A stretch of 64,000 nt of DNA from a virus, in IMG/VR virus record IMGVR_UViG_3300007712_000002, positions 28,504-92,503 of that record; one strand, written 5' to 3'. Below the pieces are notes generated by a model that was given only the letters and a program-made list of their open reading frames with translations, was not told the DNA's origin and did not search any database. Of the stretch, positions 29,201 through 40,068 are shown piece by piece; within the stretch, counting starts at the first letter, position 1, and every line of letters starts with the position of its first letter. Both the position numbers and the translations under genes were made by a program.

Positions 29201-31044
29201 TGGCATTTACTGATTTCCCAAACGGCCTCGGAAGCGCCGCCGACTATCTTAGTGCAAACAACAGCACTCGTGCCGAGTTGACTGGCAGTGTTGCTGATAT
29301 TGGGCGTTTGGTTGTCAGTGCTGAGCTGGATTTCAACCTCAAAGAAATCATTTGTAGTTTGTTGGCAGGGCGAGGACTCAAGCTGCCAAATATTCAGATC
29401 TGTATCAGCCTCAATCTCAAAGAGCTGTTGGGAACTATTTTTGGTCAAGTGCAACAGGTTCTCTACGATGCATTGGCATCCTTGGATGCAGCATTTGATC
29501 GTTTCCTTGATCATCTTAAACTAGATGAAGTTTTGGGACGAATCAATAATGTATTGGGCGAAGTCACACAGATCGCCAACATGATCAACTTCTGCTCTGC
29601 ACCCCTTGATCCGATCCAAATTCCAAACGTGCTAGAGAATGCCATGGACAGTTTCCTGGGTGCTGGTAAATCAATCATTGATTCTATCGGACAGATATTG
29701 CCAGGTGAGATTGGTGGTTGTTTAATTGATGGCCAGTTCAACGGCAGCATTTTTAATGGCGGTATCCTCAAGAAGATTTGGGATAACTTTGACGATCTTG
29801 ATACCATAGCAGATACGATCATCAATGACGCTAACTCTGTCATTAGACAAATCGATGACCTCATTGATCGAGAAAACAACGTGTCAGGTGTATACGATCA
29901 AGGTGGTAGCGATCTACTTGAAGATGATGATCGTCCAGTGAACGACGGCATAGGTGCGCTATACAACTCACAAGATGAAGGCATCCAGGGCGCAGTTTAC
30001 GCGGCAGGCCAACTTTGGTCCTCATATCAAAACCTTGCAAGTTATCAGGTTGTTGGTAGCGACGGCACTGTATACAACAATATTTTTGAAACATTCTGTG
30101 AGCCAGAACTGTTACGCATATTGCGCAGAACACCAGATCCCCGCCCAGAGATCGCAGAACGTGAGCCAGTATTCAACTACTGTGGTGAAATCATTGGTTA
30201 CACGAAAGTTACAACACAAGAGTCTCCGACGACCAGTGTAGGCAAGGTTCCTGGTGAAATTGATCAACCAGGATTCGACGCAGGAGGCCTGTCAACCAGT
30301 CCAATCGCTGAAGCTATTGAGATCGCCGCAACAGGAAGCGGTTCTTCAACGTCTGGCGATACTACTATCATCAATAATATTGACGGCACTGGTGTCCTGT
30401 TTGCTGAGAGTGAAGCAGCTCAACTCAGTCTCGGAACAACAGAAGGACAACTTGTCTACAGGACCGATACTGGAACCACATATGTTGATAACGGAGGAAC
30501 CAGCAACACTATATCAGACTTCAATGTGGTTGGCGGTGCATCAGGTGCGAATGTTGGTGCTGGCTCTCAAGTTTATGCTGGTCTTTCAGGGCAAGAATTG
30601 CAATTTCGCACGATTACCAGCGGCGAATATATCAACCTAACACAAACACTCAACGAGATCGAAGTATCTGCAGACATTGCCCGTTACGAAGGAACGTTAC
30701 TCACCACAGATGCTACCCTGACTGAAGTGTTGTTTGACACTGTGCCCAATCCTACTCCTGGCACCAACACAACGTGGTTCCTAACCATCACCGCTGTGGC
30801 CAACCGCAGAAACACCAACGACGCAGTTGCTATCCGAATGGAAACTGTGATCGACAACGCCACTGGCACCGTTTCCGTGGTTGGCGTGGGCGGAAACAAA
30901 ACTGTCTACAACGCATCAGCAGCGACCGCCAACTATGATCTCGTGGTTGACGTATCCAGCAACCAAACTCGTGTTAGAGTTCAAGGGGATACAGCGCACA
31001 ATGTTGACTGGAAGGTGCGCATGGAATATATTGCAAGTCCGTAA
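29200..31044 (+). CDS. Baseplate/tail structural protein
   Basis: 614 aa after PAAR gene; G/T-rich beta C-terminus. Confidence 0.6.
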   Translation: MAFTDFPNGLGSAADYLSANNSTRAELTGSVADIGRLVVSAELDFNLKEIICSLLAGRGLKLPNIQICISLNLKELLGTIFGQVQQVLYDALASLDAAFDRFLDHLKLDEVLGRINNVLGEVTQIANMINFCSAPLDPIQIPNVLENAMDSFLGAGKSIIDSIGQILPGEIGGCLIDGQFNGSIFNGGILKKIWDNFDDLDTIADTIINDANSVIRQIDDLIDRENNVSGVYDQGGSDLLEDDDRPVNDGIGALYNSQDEGIQGAVYAAGQLWSSYQNLASYQVVGSDGTVYNNIFETFCEPELLRILRRTPDPRPEIAEREPVFNYCGEIIGYTKVTTQESPTTSVGKVPGEIDQPGFDAGGLSTSPIAEAIEIAATGSGSSTSGDTTIINNIDGTGVLFAESEAAQLSLGTTEGQLVYRTDTGTTYVDNGGTSNTISDFNVVGGASGANVGAGSQVYAGLSGQELQFRTITSGEYINLTQTLNEIEVSADIARYEGTLLTTDATLTEVLFDTVPNPTPGTNTTWFLTITAVANRRNTNDAVAIRMETVIDNATGTVSVVGVGGNKTVYNASAATANYDLVVDVSSNQTRVRVQGDTAHNVDWKVRMEYIASP

Positions 31045-31117
31045 AACTTTTTGGTTGACAGGCAAAGCCGTTTGCCATATAGTCTTGGTATATTGATTCT
31101 AACCAAGGACTGAAAAT

Positions 31118-32139
31118 ATGAGATCCAAAATCTGCGAAGACGGCAAAGCACGTATCCTTGCCAAGGTGGTTGTTCCCATGGGCGTCCAGGAAATCACGCT
31201 GTTCGCTATGGCAAATCCTCGGTTCCACGAGAATGATGAGGCCATGAATGACTTCGAAAACCTCAATAAGCGTCAGCTGTTCAATGTTGCCAAGGAGAGC
31301 GTTGCTCTTCGTGGCGATAACATCGAACTGGCCGACAACATTGTTGTGGACAACTGGACGACTCGTCAGATCGCTCGTGCAACACAACATGTCAAGCGGC
31401 TCTTTCCTGAGGTCGACTGATGGCAAGTATTTACGATTACCCGCCTGGAACATATGTTCAAGGCAAGGAAGACGACTGGATCGGAACGGTCGAATACCTG
31501 TCTGTCAATCCATATGGTGAGCCGTGTTTGGTTATTCGCATGATCAAACGCTCATTCACCAATAACAAGGGAATGCACGATTTGGGTTGGACACCGATAG
31601 ACCAATCCTGTGAATTTTGGCGGCGCACAGACAGGATGCATCACGGAAACATTAAACTTCTTGAAGAAGAAATGAGGGTATAAGATGTGGTTGGTTGTCT
31701 GGCTGGCAGGAGAAGCCAGCATGATCATGGGTGGCAACACGGGCATGAGCGTTGTATTTTGTAACACAATGCGAGAAGTGGTCATCACTGACATTGCAGA
31801 AGGTGTGCGGCAAGATACTGACGGAACGCTCTGGGTAGAAGCTGAAAATGGTGATCGTCTTCCTTTCCAGGAATGGTCGGTTACATGTGAAGAAACACGT
31901 CCTGTGCTAGGCGATGTGAGGAAATAATGACAAAGACAACGCAAGACTTTATCGAAAACCCTGGTCTATCTGACTGTCTCATGAACATCATGCCGTTTCT
32001 GGTTTGGTCAGCAGACATGGACGAGATACACGGCGGCGTTCACGCTCGCGACGCCCTAGCTAGTTTCCGTCACATACTAGGCTGGGAACAAGAACGTTTT
32101 GACGCATTGTGTGATATCTTTCGCCAGGAACCAGAATGA
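31118..32139 (+). other. Four small hypothetical early ORFs (31118-31420, 31420-31683, 31685-31927, 31927-32139)
   Basis: Coupled ORFs downstream of TTGACA(31055) promoter. Confidence 0.6.
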
Positions 32140-32471
32140 CACGTTACAGCCTTTTCATTGATGACGAACGCTTGCCACCTCGCAATGACGGCCGCAATTG
32201 GGTCGTCGCTCGAGACTGGGAAGATGTCATGATGAACCTGCGTATTCGCGGAATGCCAGGATTTGTCAGCTTTGACCATGATCTCGGCGAAGACCTTCAC
32301 ACTGGCTACGACATCGCCAAGTTCTTGGTTGAGCTAGATATGGGTGGCGATGATGCTTTTGTTATCCCAGATGAGTTTGATTTCTACGTGCACAGCCAAA
32401 ATCCTGTGGGCAAAGCAAACATCGAACATTATCTTAACAACTATTTGGAGCACCGAAAAAATGTGGTATGA
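32136..32471 (+). CDS. Cyclic-phosphate-processing receiver-like domain protein
   Basis: LFIDDER.P, SFDHDLG, TGYD, HSQNPVG. Confidence 0.75.
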   Translation: MTRYSLFIDDERLPPRNDGRNWVVARDWEDVMMNLRIRGMPGFVSFDHDLGEDLHTGYDIAKFLVELDMGGDDAFVIPDEFDFYVHSQNPVGKANIEHYLNNYLEHRKNVV

Positions 32472-32925
32472 TATTGTTAGCTTTATTGGCAGTAACTATG
32501 CTCAATTTATCTTGTGGCTGGGTGGCGGCGCCGCCAGTGCAGAAATTTGGCTGTTGCTTATTGCAGTGGTTCCTGCTATGATATTCATGGCTGTTCCCCT
32601 TTTCTGCGTGGCTCGGCTGACAGCCGAGCCGGGACGGACCGGGACGCAGACAGGAGCAATTTTTGCTTTTTTGAGTGTTCCTCTGTTTGTCTTGGGATTT
32701 ATGTTATCCATGATCTTTGGGATCAATGGAAATGTTCATTTCCAAGAAAACTTTCGCGAGTGTGTGCAGTTTGAAGACATAACTATAGAGGCTCAAACTC
32801 CTGTGATGGTTCTCATGTGCCGCTACCGTGATCATGTTGACAACGATTTCAGCCCCTGGGAACCACGCCGAGCACTTTATGGCACCAAATTTCTTGATGC
32901 TGATGTTGTTGACGAAATGCCTTGA
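32461..32925 (+). CDS. Membrane protein
   Basis: Several hydrophobic segments. Confidence 0.6.
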   Translation: MWYDIVSFIGSNYAQFILWLGGGAASAEIWLLLIAVVPAMIFMAVPLFCVARLTAEPGRTGTQTGAIFAFLSVPLFVLGFMLSMIFGINGNVHFQENFRECVQFEDITIEAQTPVMVLMCRYRDHVDNDFSPWEPRRALYGTKFLDADVVDEMP

Positions 32926-32980
32926 CAAGCACGAATAAATCTGCTAAACAAAACTTCTGTAAGTAACTAGAGAGACAGAT

Positions 32981-33532
32981 ATGATTCGTCTAACGGTTTT
33001 TCTAACTCAGTTAGCAGGCATCGCAGCCGTAACGGCAAGTGCAGAGCCCGTGTCTATCACCTTGCTTCCATCATCATATGAAAAGGAAGCCCATGAACAG
33101 GACAAAATTGACCCACAATCACACCATTGTCTAACCGAAGCCATCTACTGGGAAGGGCGAAACCAGGACGGATTTGCCATGGCTGCGATTGGTCATGTGA
33201 TCATGAATCGTGTTCGCAGTCCTGATTTTCCTGATGCGGTATGTGACGTAGTCCATCAAGGACCTCTTGATGGAGGCCCTATCGAATTGAATCGCTGCCA
33301 GTTTAGTTACTACTGTGACGGCAAAAGTGACACGCCTCCCCTTGAAAACATATTAGAAATAACCGCATGGGATTTTTCTCATATTATTGCAGAGCTCATC
33401 TTGTATGGAGAAAGCGAAGATTTAACCAGCGGTAGCACCTACTATCATGCAACTTATGTTGAACCATTTTGGAGCAAAGAATACCAAGAAGTTGCAATGT
33501 TGGGAGATCACATCTTTTATCGACACTACTAA
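32981..33532 (+). CDS. Cell wall hydrolase, SleB/Hydrolase_2 family
   Basis: CL..AIYWEGR, V..NRV, CQFSYYCDG, YYHA.YV.P.W, HIFY. Confidence 0.9.
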   Translation: MIRLTVFLTQLAGIAAVTASAEPVSITLLPSSYEKEAHEQDKIDPQSHHCLTEAIYWEGRNQDGFAMAAIGHVIMNRVRSPDFPDAVCDVVHQGPLDGGPIELNRCQFSYYCDGKSDTPPLENILEITAWDFSHIIAELILYGESEDLTSGSTYYHATYVEPFWSKEYQEVAMLGDHIFYRHY

Positions 33533-33617
33533 ACAACTTATACGTGCACAAGCCATCCCCTGCCTAGAAATAGTGCAGGGGATAAATATGATGACATAAC
33601 AAAAAGAGGCTTGTAAA

Positions 33618-33926
33618 ATGCACGAATATCCATGCCGTATGATCCGGATCATAAACGGCAATACAATTGAGGCTGATATCGATCTGGGATTTGGTATATC
33701 TATTAGACAGAATATCAAACTTTACGGTATCGACAATACTGAAGAAAGTATGGCTGCTCTAATCAAAACACTACCACGAAAATTCATCTGTAGGACCATT
33801 TATAATAAGCGGGGGAGAACAGGGCGAGTATTGGGATATGTCTTCAGTGAAGACAGTCAAGGCGATCTAATAAATATTAACGATCAATTAATAGAACAAG
33901 GTGTCGCCAAAAAATACAACTCATGA
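33618..33926 (+). CDS. Thermonuclease-like protein, catalytic Asp appears altered
   Basis: RIINGNTIEADIDLGF...LYGID; GRVLG. Confidence 0.6.
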   Translation: MHEYPCRMIRIINGNTIEADIDLGFGISIRQNIKLYGIDNTEESMAALIKTLPRKFICRTIYNKRGRTGRVLGYVFSEDSQGDLININDQLIEQGVAKKYNS

Positions 33927-35386
33927 GATTAATTTTTGGAATTTGGACAATGATCGTCGCTCTGACAGTCAGTGTCGTTGCCGCATATTATAGTATTGTC
34001 GGTCTCACAGCAATTTTTGCTGCGGCAGTTATTCCGATTATTATTATGGGCGCTACACTTGAGGTTGCAAAAGTTACAGCCGCGGTGTGGCTACACAGTT
34101 TCTGGCAGGAAGGAGCATTTCTAACTAAAGCGTATTTGGTTAGCGCAGTAGTTATACTCATGTTCATTACCAGCATGGGCATTTTTGGCTTTCTATCCAA
34201 AGCACATATAGAACAAGCTGCCAACAGTGGTGGTCTTGTGGCTCAAATCGAACGTGTTGATCAAGAAATATCACGCGAACAGCAAATAATAGAACGTGCT
34301 AATATTGCAATAACAGGCTACGGAGAGCGTGTCGAAAGCGCAGACACAGGCATCCAACGACGTATTGAAGCACAGGAACGTCTGATAGCAGACATTAGCG
34401 ATCGCCTCGAACGTGATATTGCCACACAAAATCAAATAATTAGCCAAAGTAATAACCTATTGGCACCATTGCAACAAGAACTCGAACGCATCGAAGAGCG
34501 CAGGAACGAGCTCAGAGCAGCCCAAGCAAGCGGCGATGTGGTAGCACTACAGGCACTCGTTGGTGCCGATCCTGATGGTGTGTTGGGGCCACAAACACAA
34601 CAGAGCATTCAGGAATTCCAGGATGATCTAGATACCCGCCGAACAGAAACAATCACACAGCTAGAGAGAGTGTCCAATACAGATGATCCAGCCGTTGTGG
34701 CAGCTCGTGCCGAAATAACACGATTACAACAGGCAGCAAATGCTGAGATTGCGCGAGCACAAGAAGCCATCAATGCTTTTCGTGAACAGTTGGTTTCAGT
34801 TACAACACAAGACAACACATCTGATATCCAAGCACAAGAAGAAACTATACGCACATCAAATGAACGTATCGATGAACTTCTTGATCGTAAATTTGAGTTA
34901 CAAGGTGAGTTGAGAGTTTTGGAAACAGAAGTGGGTCCTGTGCGTTATGTTGCAGAACTTGTATACGGTGACACCAACACAGAGTTACTTGAAGAAGCAG
35001 TTAGGTGGGTCATCATTATCATCGTTCTTGTGTTTGATCCTCTTGCTATTGTTTTGGTTCTTGCTGGTCTCAGCATCTTGCATCCCAAGCAAACACTTGA
35101 CAATGATGATGAAGTGCTGCATAATGAGAACAATGAAACATCAGATGAGTCTAGCGAAGGTTCTGTTCAAGGACAGCACCCGCAGTCTCCGTCTAGTTTT
35201 GCTGATCAACCAGCAAAAAATTTATCAGAAGTTCAGAAGGACATTATGTATGGCGCAAGCACCTCAGAAACCCAAGACGCAAAAGTAAAGAGTGCACCTT
35301 CTGAAAAACCTAAAGGTCGAGCGACTGGATTCGCAGGAATTCATGTAACGCCAATTGACAATGGATCAAAAAATAATGACAACTAA
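33923..35386 (+). CDS. Membrane-anchored coiled-coil protein with peptidoglycan-binding motif
   Basis: N-terminal TMs, long coiled coil, LVGADPDGVLGPQT, C-terminal TM VFDPLA. Confidence 0.7.
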   Translation: MRLIFGIWTMIVALTVSVVAAYYSIVGLTAIFAAAVIPIIIMGATLEVAKVTAAVWLHSFWQEGAFLTKAYLVSAVVILMFITSMGIFGFLSKAHIEQAANSGGLVAQIERVDQEISREQQIIERANIAITGYGERVESADTGIQRRIEAQERLIADISDRLERDIATQNQIISQSNNLLAPLQQELERIEERRNELRAAQASGDVVALQALVGADPDGVLGPQTQQSIQEFQDDLDTRRTETITQLERVSNTDDPAVVAARAEITRLQQAANAEIARAQEAINAFREQLVSVTTQDNTSDIQAQEETIRTSNERIDELLDRKFELQGELRVLETEVGPVRYVAELVYGDTNTELLEEAVRWVIIIIVLVFDPLAIVLVLAGLSILHPKQTLDNDDEVLHNENNETSDESSEGSVQGQHPQSPSSFADQPAKNLSEVQKDIMYGASTSETQDAKVKSAPSEKPKGRATGFAGIHVTPIDNGSKNNDN

Positions 35387-35810
35387 AAACACGGTGTATA
35401 CTGTTACACCGCCAGATCTACGAATCAATATGATAGGTCCCAGTGTTCTATTATTAGGAACCGATCTTGAACACTGCCAGGATTATACACAACTTTACGA
35501 TAAATTGTTTCCAGAGGTTGAGATTACTTTCTTTGTTGGAGAAGAAGGATTCAACCCAGGCCTAGCACATTGGTATCGTGCAACGGCAGGAATGGCAAGC
35601 AATATTTTTGTTAATTTAGACAATATCACAGCAGAAGAAATTTTCTTGGCAATGCAAGCAGAGCACGAAAATCGCGCCCTGGTATTTTGGGTTGCTAAAG
35701 ATAAAACATACCCAGCAATGGTTTCGTTACTAAACAGCTATCAATATCAAGTTTTTAATTCTCTTGACGAAGTAGAGAAATTTATGCTTGACGAATTTAA
35801 CAAGAGTTAG
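35376..35810 (+). CDS. Hypothetical protein
   Basis: ORF. Confidence 0.65.
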   Translation: MTTKNTVYTVTPPDLRINMIGPSVLLLGTDLEHCQDYTQLYDKLFPEVEITFFVGEEGFNPGLAHWYRATAGMASNIFVNLDNITAEEIFLAMQAEHENRALVFWVAKDKTYPAMVSLLNSYQYQVFNSLDEVEKFMLDEFNKS

Positions 35811-35852
35811 TATACTGATAGAAATGGGTTACTCAAAGGATTTAACCAGTTA

Positions 35853-36401
35853 ATGAAAAATAGGTCACGGATTTTGGCCAATAGTGATATTCGTCACAAG
35901 AGTGTTCGAGTTGTCACAGATGATGGTAGTGCAGTTTTGCACACAAGCGCAGCTATTAAGCAAGCTGAAGATCAAGGCTTGGATCTCATTTTGATCAATG
36001 AGAAAGCTGATCCACCCATATGTAAAATACTCGAACTTGGTAAGTATCGTTACGAACAGCAGCAACAAGAAAAACAAGCCGCCAAGAGACAGAGAGAAAG
36101 TCGGGTCACCATCAAAGAGGTGCAGTTCAAACCCAATATTGATGTTCATGATTTTGAAACCAAGTGTGGAAAAATAAACAAGTTCATCGAAAAAGGCAAC
36201 AAGGTAAAGCTGTTGGTTCAATTCCGTGGACGAGAGCGTCAACATACCGATCTCGGATACGATATTATTGATCGTGTCCTTGAGTTGGTAGAAAACGTAG
36301 AACTAGACGGCAAGCCGCAGTTTAGTGGCAACCGTATTACAGCAATTCTAAAAGGAAACAAGGATGGCCAGACAAACGCCAAACCAAAAGAAACAACATA
36401 G
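35853..36401 (+). CDS. infC: Translation initiation factor IF-3
   Basis: GLDL....ADPPICKI...[24 protein letters not shown]. Confidence 0.92.
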   Translation: MKNRSRILANSDIRHKSVRVVTDDGSAVLHTSAAIKQAEDQGLDLILINEKADPPICKILELGKYRYEQQQQEKQAAKRQRESRVTIKEVQFKPNIDVHDFETKCGKINKFIEKGNKVKLLVQFRGRERQHTDLGYDIIDRVLELVENVELDGKPQFSGNRITAILKGNKDGQTNAKPKETT

Positions 36402-36609
36402 CGGACCTCGTGGAACACGAGTTGAAGTCCGTGACGGAAATATAAATCAAGCACTTCGACGACTCAAAAAGATTATGCAAAGCGAAGGTGTTTTTAAAGA
36501 GATTCGTGATCGCCGCTATTTTGAAAAGCCCAGCATGACACGCAAAAAGGCTCGTGCGGCGGCGCGGAAACGCTGGCAAAAAGAAGTTGCTCGGCGTGAC
36601 GACTGGTAA
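36364..36609 (+). CDS. rpsU: Ribosomal protein bS21
   Basis: [15 protein letters not shown]....EG...E...RRYFEKPS. Confidence 0.92.
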   Translation: MARQTPNQKKQHSGPRGTRVEVRDGNINQALRRLKKIMQSEGVFKEIRDRRYFEKPSMTRKKARAAARKRWQKEVARRDDW

Positions 36610-36673
36610 TAAATACCAGCGAGGATGCCAATGAGGGTCCTCAATACAATCTTGCTTAACTAAGGAGATAGAA

Positions 36674-37120
36674 ATGAACAAGACACTTACAACTAGAACT
36701 CTGCCTGGATTTCTCAATGAAAGAGGAATCGGATTTGATAACATGTTCGAACTTTTTGACGAAGCCGTCGGACATGCTAGCAGCGTAGCTTATCCACCAT
36801 ACAACTTGATCAAAGTAAGCGACGATGATTTTGTCGTTGAGGTTGCTCTTGCTGGCTTCACAATTGACGATCTTGAGATCACTCAAGACGGCAAGAAGCT
36901 GACAATCGAAGGCCGCAAGCCTGAGATCAAGGATGATGAGGTGACATACCTACATCGCGGAATTAGCTCACGCGCATTTACACGTGAGTTCGTTCTTGCA
37001 GAACATGTGGAAGTCGTTGAGGCAGAAATGGAAGACGGTGTGCTTCTAGTCAAGTTGCACCGTGAGTTGCCAGAATCAATGAAACCACGTCAAATTGAAA
37101 TCAAAAAGATCGGCAAGTAA
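36674..37120 (+). CDS. Small heat-shock protein Hsp20
   Basis: YPPYN, VALAGF, YLHRGISSRAFTREF.L, DGVL. Confidence 0.93.
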   Translation: MNKTLTTRTLPGFLNERGIGFDNMFELFDEAVGHASSVAYPPYNLIKVSDDDFVVEVALAGFTIDDLEITQDGKKLTIEGRKPEIKDDEVTYLHRGISSRAFTREFVLAEHVEVVEAEMEDGVLLVKLHRELPESMKPRQIEIKKIGK

Positions 37121-37184
37121 CAACACTAGTTGTTACGATCAGAAGAGGGGAGGGGACTACCCTCCCCTTGAATAAGAGGACAAT

Positions 37185-37481
37185 ATGTCTGATACTGATG
37201 TAGTTGAAAAGACTGAAACTCGGTTAGAAGAACCCCGTAAATGGGCTGTTATCGTTCACAACGATGATGTAACGCCCATGGACTTTGTGGTTGAATTACT
37301 TCATTATGTATTCAAACTGGACGTAAAGTCTGCTACAGACCTAATGGTCAAGATACACATGGAAGGCCGAGGCGTTGCTGGTGTGTATCCATATGAAATT
37401 GCAGAGCAGAAATATTCCGAAGCAAATGTCCTTATCAAGTTGAGTTCAATGCAGCTCAAACTCAGTCTTGAAGAAGAATGA
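37185..37481 (+). CDS. clpS: ClpS adaptor
   Basis: VHNDDVTPMDFVV, IH.EG.GVAG.Y..EIAE. Confidence 0.92.
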   Translation: MSDTDVVEKTETRLEEPRKWAVIVHNDDVTPMDFVVELLHYVFKLDVKSATDLMVKIHMEGRGVAGVYPYEIAEQKYSEANVLIKLSSMQLKLSLEEE

Positions 37482-37502
37482 AGAACTTGTATAAATAGAC
37501 AT

Positions 37503-38780
37503 ATGAGAGCTCGTGAATTATTTTTTGAATCCAAAAAGGAAAAAAATGAATTGTCTGATCTAGTTCGCAATTCAGACAATGTTGGTCTATTGACCAAGAT
37601 CGCAAATTATCTCAGCAGCAAGATACAAGCTGAAGAGCCCCGGCCTGATTCTGAAGAAAACATTGATAATGTCAATGAAGAGATGGCAGGTAATGTCAAA
37701 AACACAGTGCTAGCCATGCTTGACAAACTGGACGACAACAGTCCTGAGTGGGCTAAAATTATCGACATCCTTCGACGAGATGAAGTATCAGAACTTTCAA
37801 CACAAGTCGTTCAAACTAAACTGGGTTCTGTTAATGGATACCTAGATAAAAAGTTACGAGATCTTGTAATGCGTTCCAAAGCCCCATTTGAGCAAAAGGA
37901 AGAGTTTCTAAGGAAACTAGCATCTGGTGATGGTTACTTTGATGGTAAAGAACTACTCAATCAACGCAGCGGCAACATTTATCAGATGTTGAGCTCCAAT
38001 CCTGTTGCAGCTGATCTCGGTCCTAAAATGGCTTTGGAATTCCGTGGTGACATGGGATATGGTCCAGACCAGGGTCCTGGTGAAATCATGATGACATTAC
38101 TAGGCAAAAACATTCAGTTAGCATCAAAAGGCGACCTTAAGATTGGTAACCAAGTCGCCGAAGTCAAAGCAACAAGCCGTAGCAAAAAAGGAAAAAAAGG
38201 ATTTAGTGGAGGCCGCCTATATAGCACCACTGGATATGGTTCAGGATTTGCTATCAAGAAAGATCTATACAAAAATCTACTTGCTGTTGGTATTCCAGAA
38301 CAAGCATTGCTTGAATATGGTTTGCCTACTAGAAAGGCTGCAACGGACTCTGGTGTTGAAGTCAAAAAGGGTGGCGTTAATTTGAACTTGAGTGGATTAG
38401 CCAATATAAATGGACTGTTTAAAGAATATGAAGTTTCACCTGATCAAGCAAAAACTGTGATCAAAGGTATAGTTGATGGACTATACACTAAATTACCGTC
38501 GGGCATGGAAAAAGGTATTCTCAATCTGATACAAAATGATGGAACATTTGATCCACAAGACTTCCTAATTGAAATGACCAAGCTTGCACATGTTTACTAC
38601 ATGGGTCTTGAAGGACATGACTCTCTTATGCTTTTCAACACAGACTCTGGTAACTATGCTGTGATGTATACTGCCGAAGACGTTGAAAAACTCTTGAGGG
38701 ACGGAATCATATCTCTAACATCACATATTGATCTTGAAGATGATCGAGGCAAAGGAAGCAGCCAATTAATCATTAAATGA
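37503..38780 (+). CDS. Late protein with restriction-endonuclease-like motif
   Basis: TATAAATA promoter; MRARELFFES start; GPGE...GDL....EVKA. Confidence 0.55.
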   Translation: MRARELFFESKKEKNELSDLVRNSDNVGLLTKIANYLSSKIQAEEPRPDSEENIDNVNEEMAGNVKNTVLAMLDKLDDNSPEWAKIIDILRRDEVSELSTQVVQTKLGSVNGYLDKKLRDLVMRSKAPFEQKEEFLRKLASGDGYFDGKELLNQRSGNIYQMLSSNPVAADLGPKMALEFRGDMGYGPDQGPGEIMMTLLGKNIQLASKGDLKIGNQVAEVKATSRSKKGKKGFSGGRLYSTTGYGSGFAIKKDLYKNLLAVGIPEQALLEYGLPTRKAATDSGVEVKKGGVNLNLSGLANINGLFKEYEVSPDQAKTVIKGIVDGLYTKLPSGMEKGILNLIQNDGTFDPQDFLIEMTKLAHVYYMGLEGHDSLMLFNTDSGNYAVMYTAEDVEKLLRDGIISLTSHIDLEDDRGKGSSQLIIK

Positions 38781-38904
38781 GTTATGCACTCAACGCATTT
38801 CGACTTTGTTGATATTGCAGTAGTAAAACCCCTGACTTTATAGTAAATATTAGTATGCAGGTGCAGCAATATGGCTGCGCCATTTTCATGTCAGGAGTAA
38901 AAAA

Positions 38905-39039
38905 ATGTTTTCACGTCTATTTAATCGCACGCCACGAGCCCGCCGCAGCGATATCGAACGTTATGTTCGCATGGAATACAAGCCAGAGGATTTTGGTCCA
39001 ATGGTAGAAGAGCTATCACGTAAGTGGAATGCACGATGA
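38905..39039 (+). CDS. Small protein, 44 aa (not in ORF track)
   Basis: AGGAG RBS; MFSRLFNRTPRARRSDIERYVRMEY. Confidence 0.6.
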   Translation: MFSRLFNRTPRARRSDIERYVRMEYKPEDFGPMVEELSRKWNAR

Positions 39040-39182
39040 TTACCAGTATATTTCGCAGCATATCTGATTTCTTTAACAGAATCCACAACTATAATGAAGT
39101 TGATGATTATCTGTCACGTGCAGTAAGTCCAGAAGATCTCGAACGTCGCATCAAAAATCTACAACGCAATGGAAAACTATGA
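39036..39182 (+). CDS. Small protein, 48 aa, DUF3563-like
   Basis: YLSRAVSPEDLERRIKNL; ATGA overlap. Confidence 0.6.
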   Translation: MITSIFRSISDFFNRIHNYNEVDDYLSRAVSPEDLERRIKNLQRNGKL

Positions 39183-39301
39183 TGAAATTTATGAACCGAA
39201 TCCAACGCCACGGCTACTTGCGGGCCGCCGGTGAACTGTATAGGCAGGGTTATCCCCAACTAGCAGCTAAACTTAAAAAGCAAGCAGACAACTTAGAGTG
39301 A
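39179..39301 (+). CDS. Small protein, 40 aa
   Basis: ATGA overlap; RAAGELYRQGY. Confidence 0.55.
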   Translation: MMKFMNRIQRHGYLRAAGELYRQGYPQLAAKLKKQADNLE

Positions 39302-39327
39302 GCCACTGTGCTCACTCTAATCTTTTT
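39293..39327 (+). terminator. Rho-independent terminator
   Basis: TTAGAGTGAGC-loop-GCTCACTCTAA then TCTTTTT. Confidence 0.75.
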
Positions 39328-39373
39328 GACATATCTCTCAAGATAAGTATAATGGACAAGAGAGGAACATACC

Positions 39374-39922
39374 ATGTCAAAACCCAACGAGGGCAAAATA
39401 CTTATCGCAACACCCAAAGTTACGAATAAGATATTTCAGAAAACTGTGATTTACATACACACTGACGACGATACTGGTGCGATTGGTGTTATGCTTAATG
39501 TTCCAATGGATTATGATATGGCAACCAAATGGTCACAGGAAATCTCCTGGTCATATCCAGAAAAGATATACCATGGCGGCCCTGTTGAGAGACAGATCGG
39601 ATACGTGTTGCACGGTAGCGACTATGCAAAAGATTCAACCATATATCTCAATGATCACATTTCATATACTGGCGGCAGAAGCATTGTCAATGATATCAAT
39701 CGTGGCATGGGTCCTTGTGGTTTCATGCTTTTGACAGGATACTGTCAGTGGCAGCCCAAGCAATTACAAACGGAAATTGACAGTGGAATGTGGATGACTG
39801 TTGATTTTGATCCAGAATTCTTCTTCCATGATCTCGATCGTGAAGAAGGCTGGGAGTTTGCAATCAACATTGCTGCTGGGAATACCACACAAAAACTTCT
39901 TGATGTGGTTGACAGCATTTAA
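39374..39922 (+). CDS. YqgE/AlgH (DUF179) family protein
   Basis: LIATP..F...VI, GA.G..LN.P, GGPV, GY..W...QL..EI..G.W. Confidence 0.9.
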   Translation: MSKPNEGKILIATPKVTNKIFQKTVIYIHTDDDTGAIGVMLNVPMDYDMATKWSQEISWSYPEKIYHGGPVERQIGYVLHGSDYAKDSTIYLNDHISYTGGRSIVNDINRGMGPCGFMLLTGYCQWQPKQLQTEIDSGMWMTVDFDPEFFFHDLDREEGWEFAINIAAGNTTQKLLDVVDSI

Positions 39923-40068
39923 AAACCGTGCTATCTAACATGCTCACACCCAGGGAGAGTAGATGTTTGAAGTAGTAATAATCAAAAATGACGAAAAAAA
40001 CGAGACATGGGATTGTCTTGATGAAATGCAGGCTGAATGTGTTTTCTTCCGCTCCCGCATGAGAAAGG

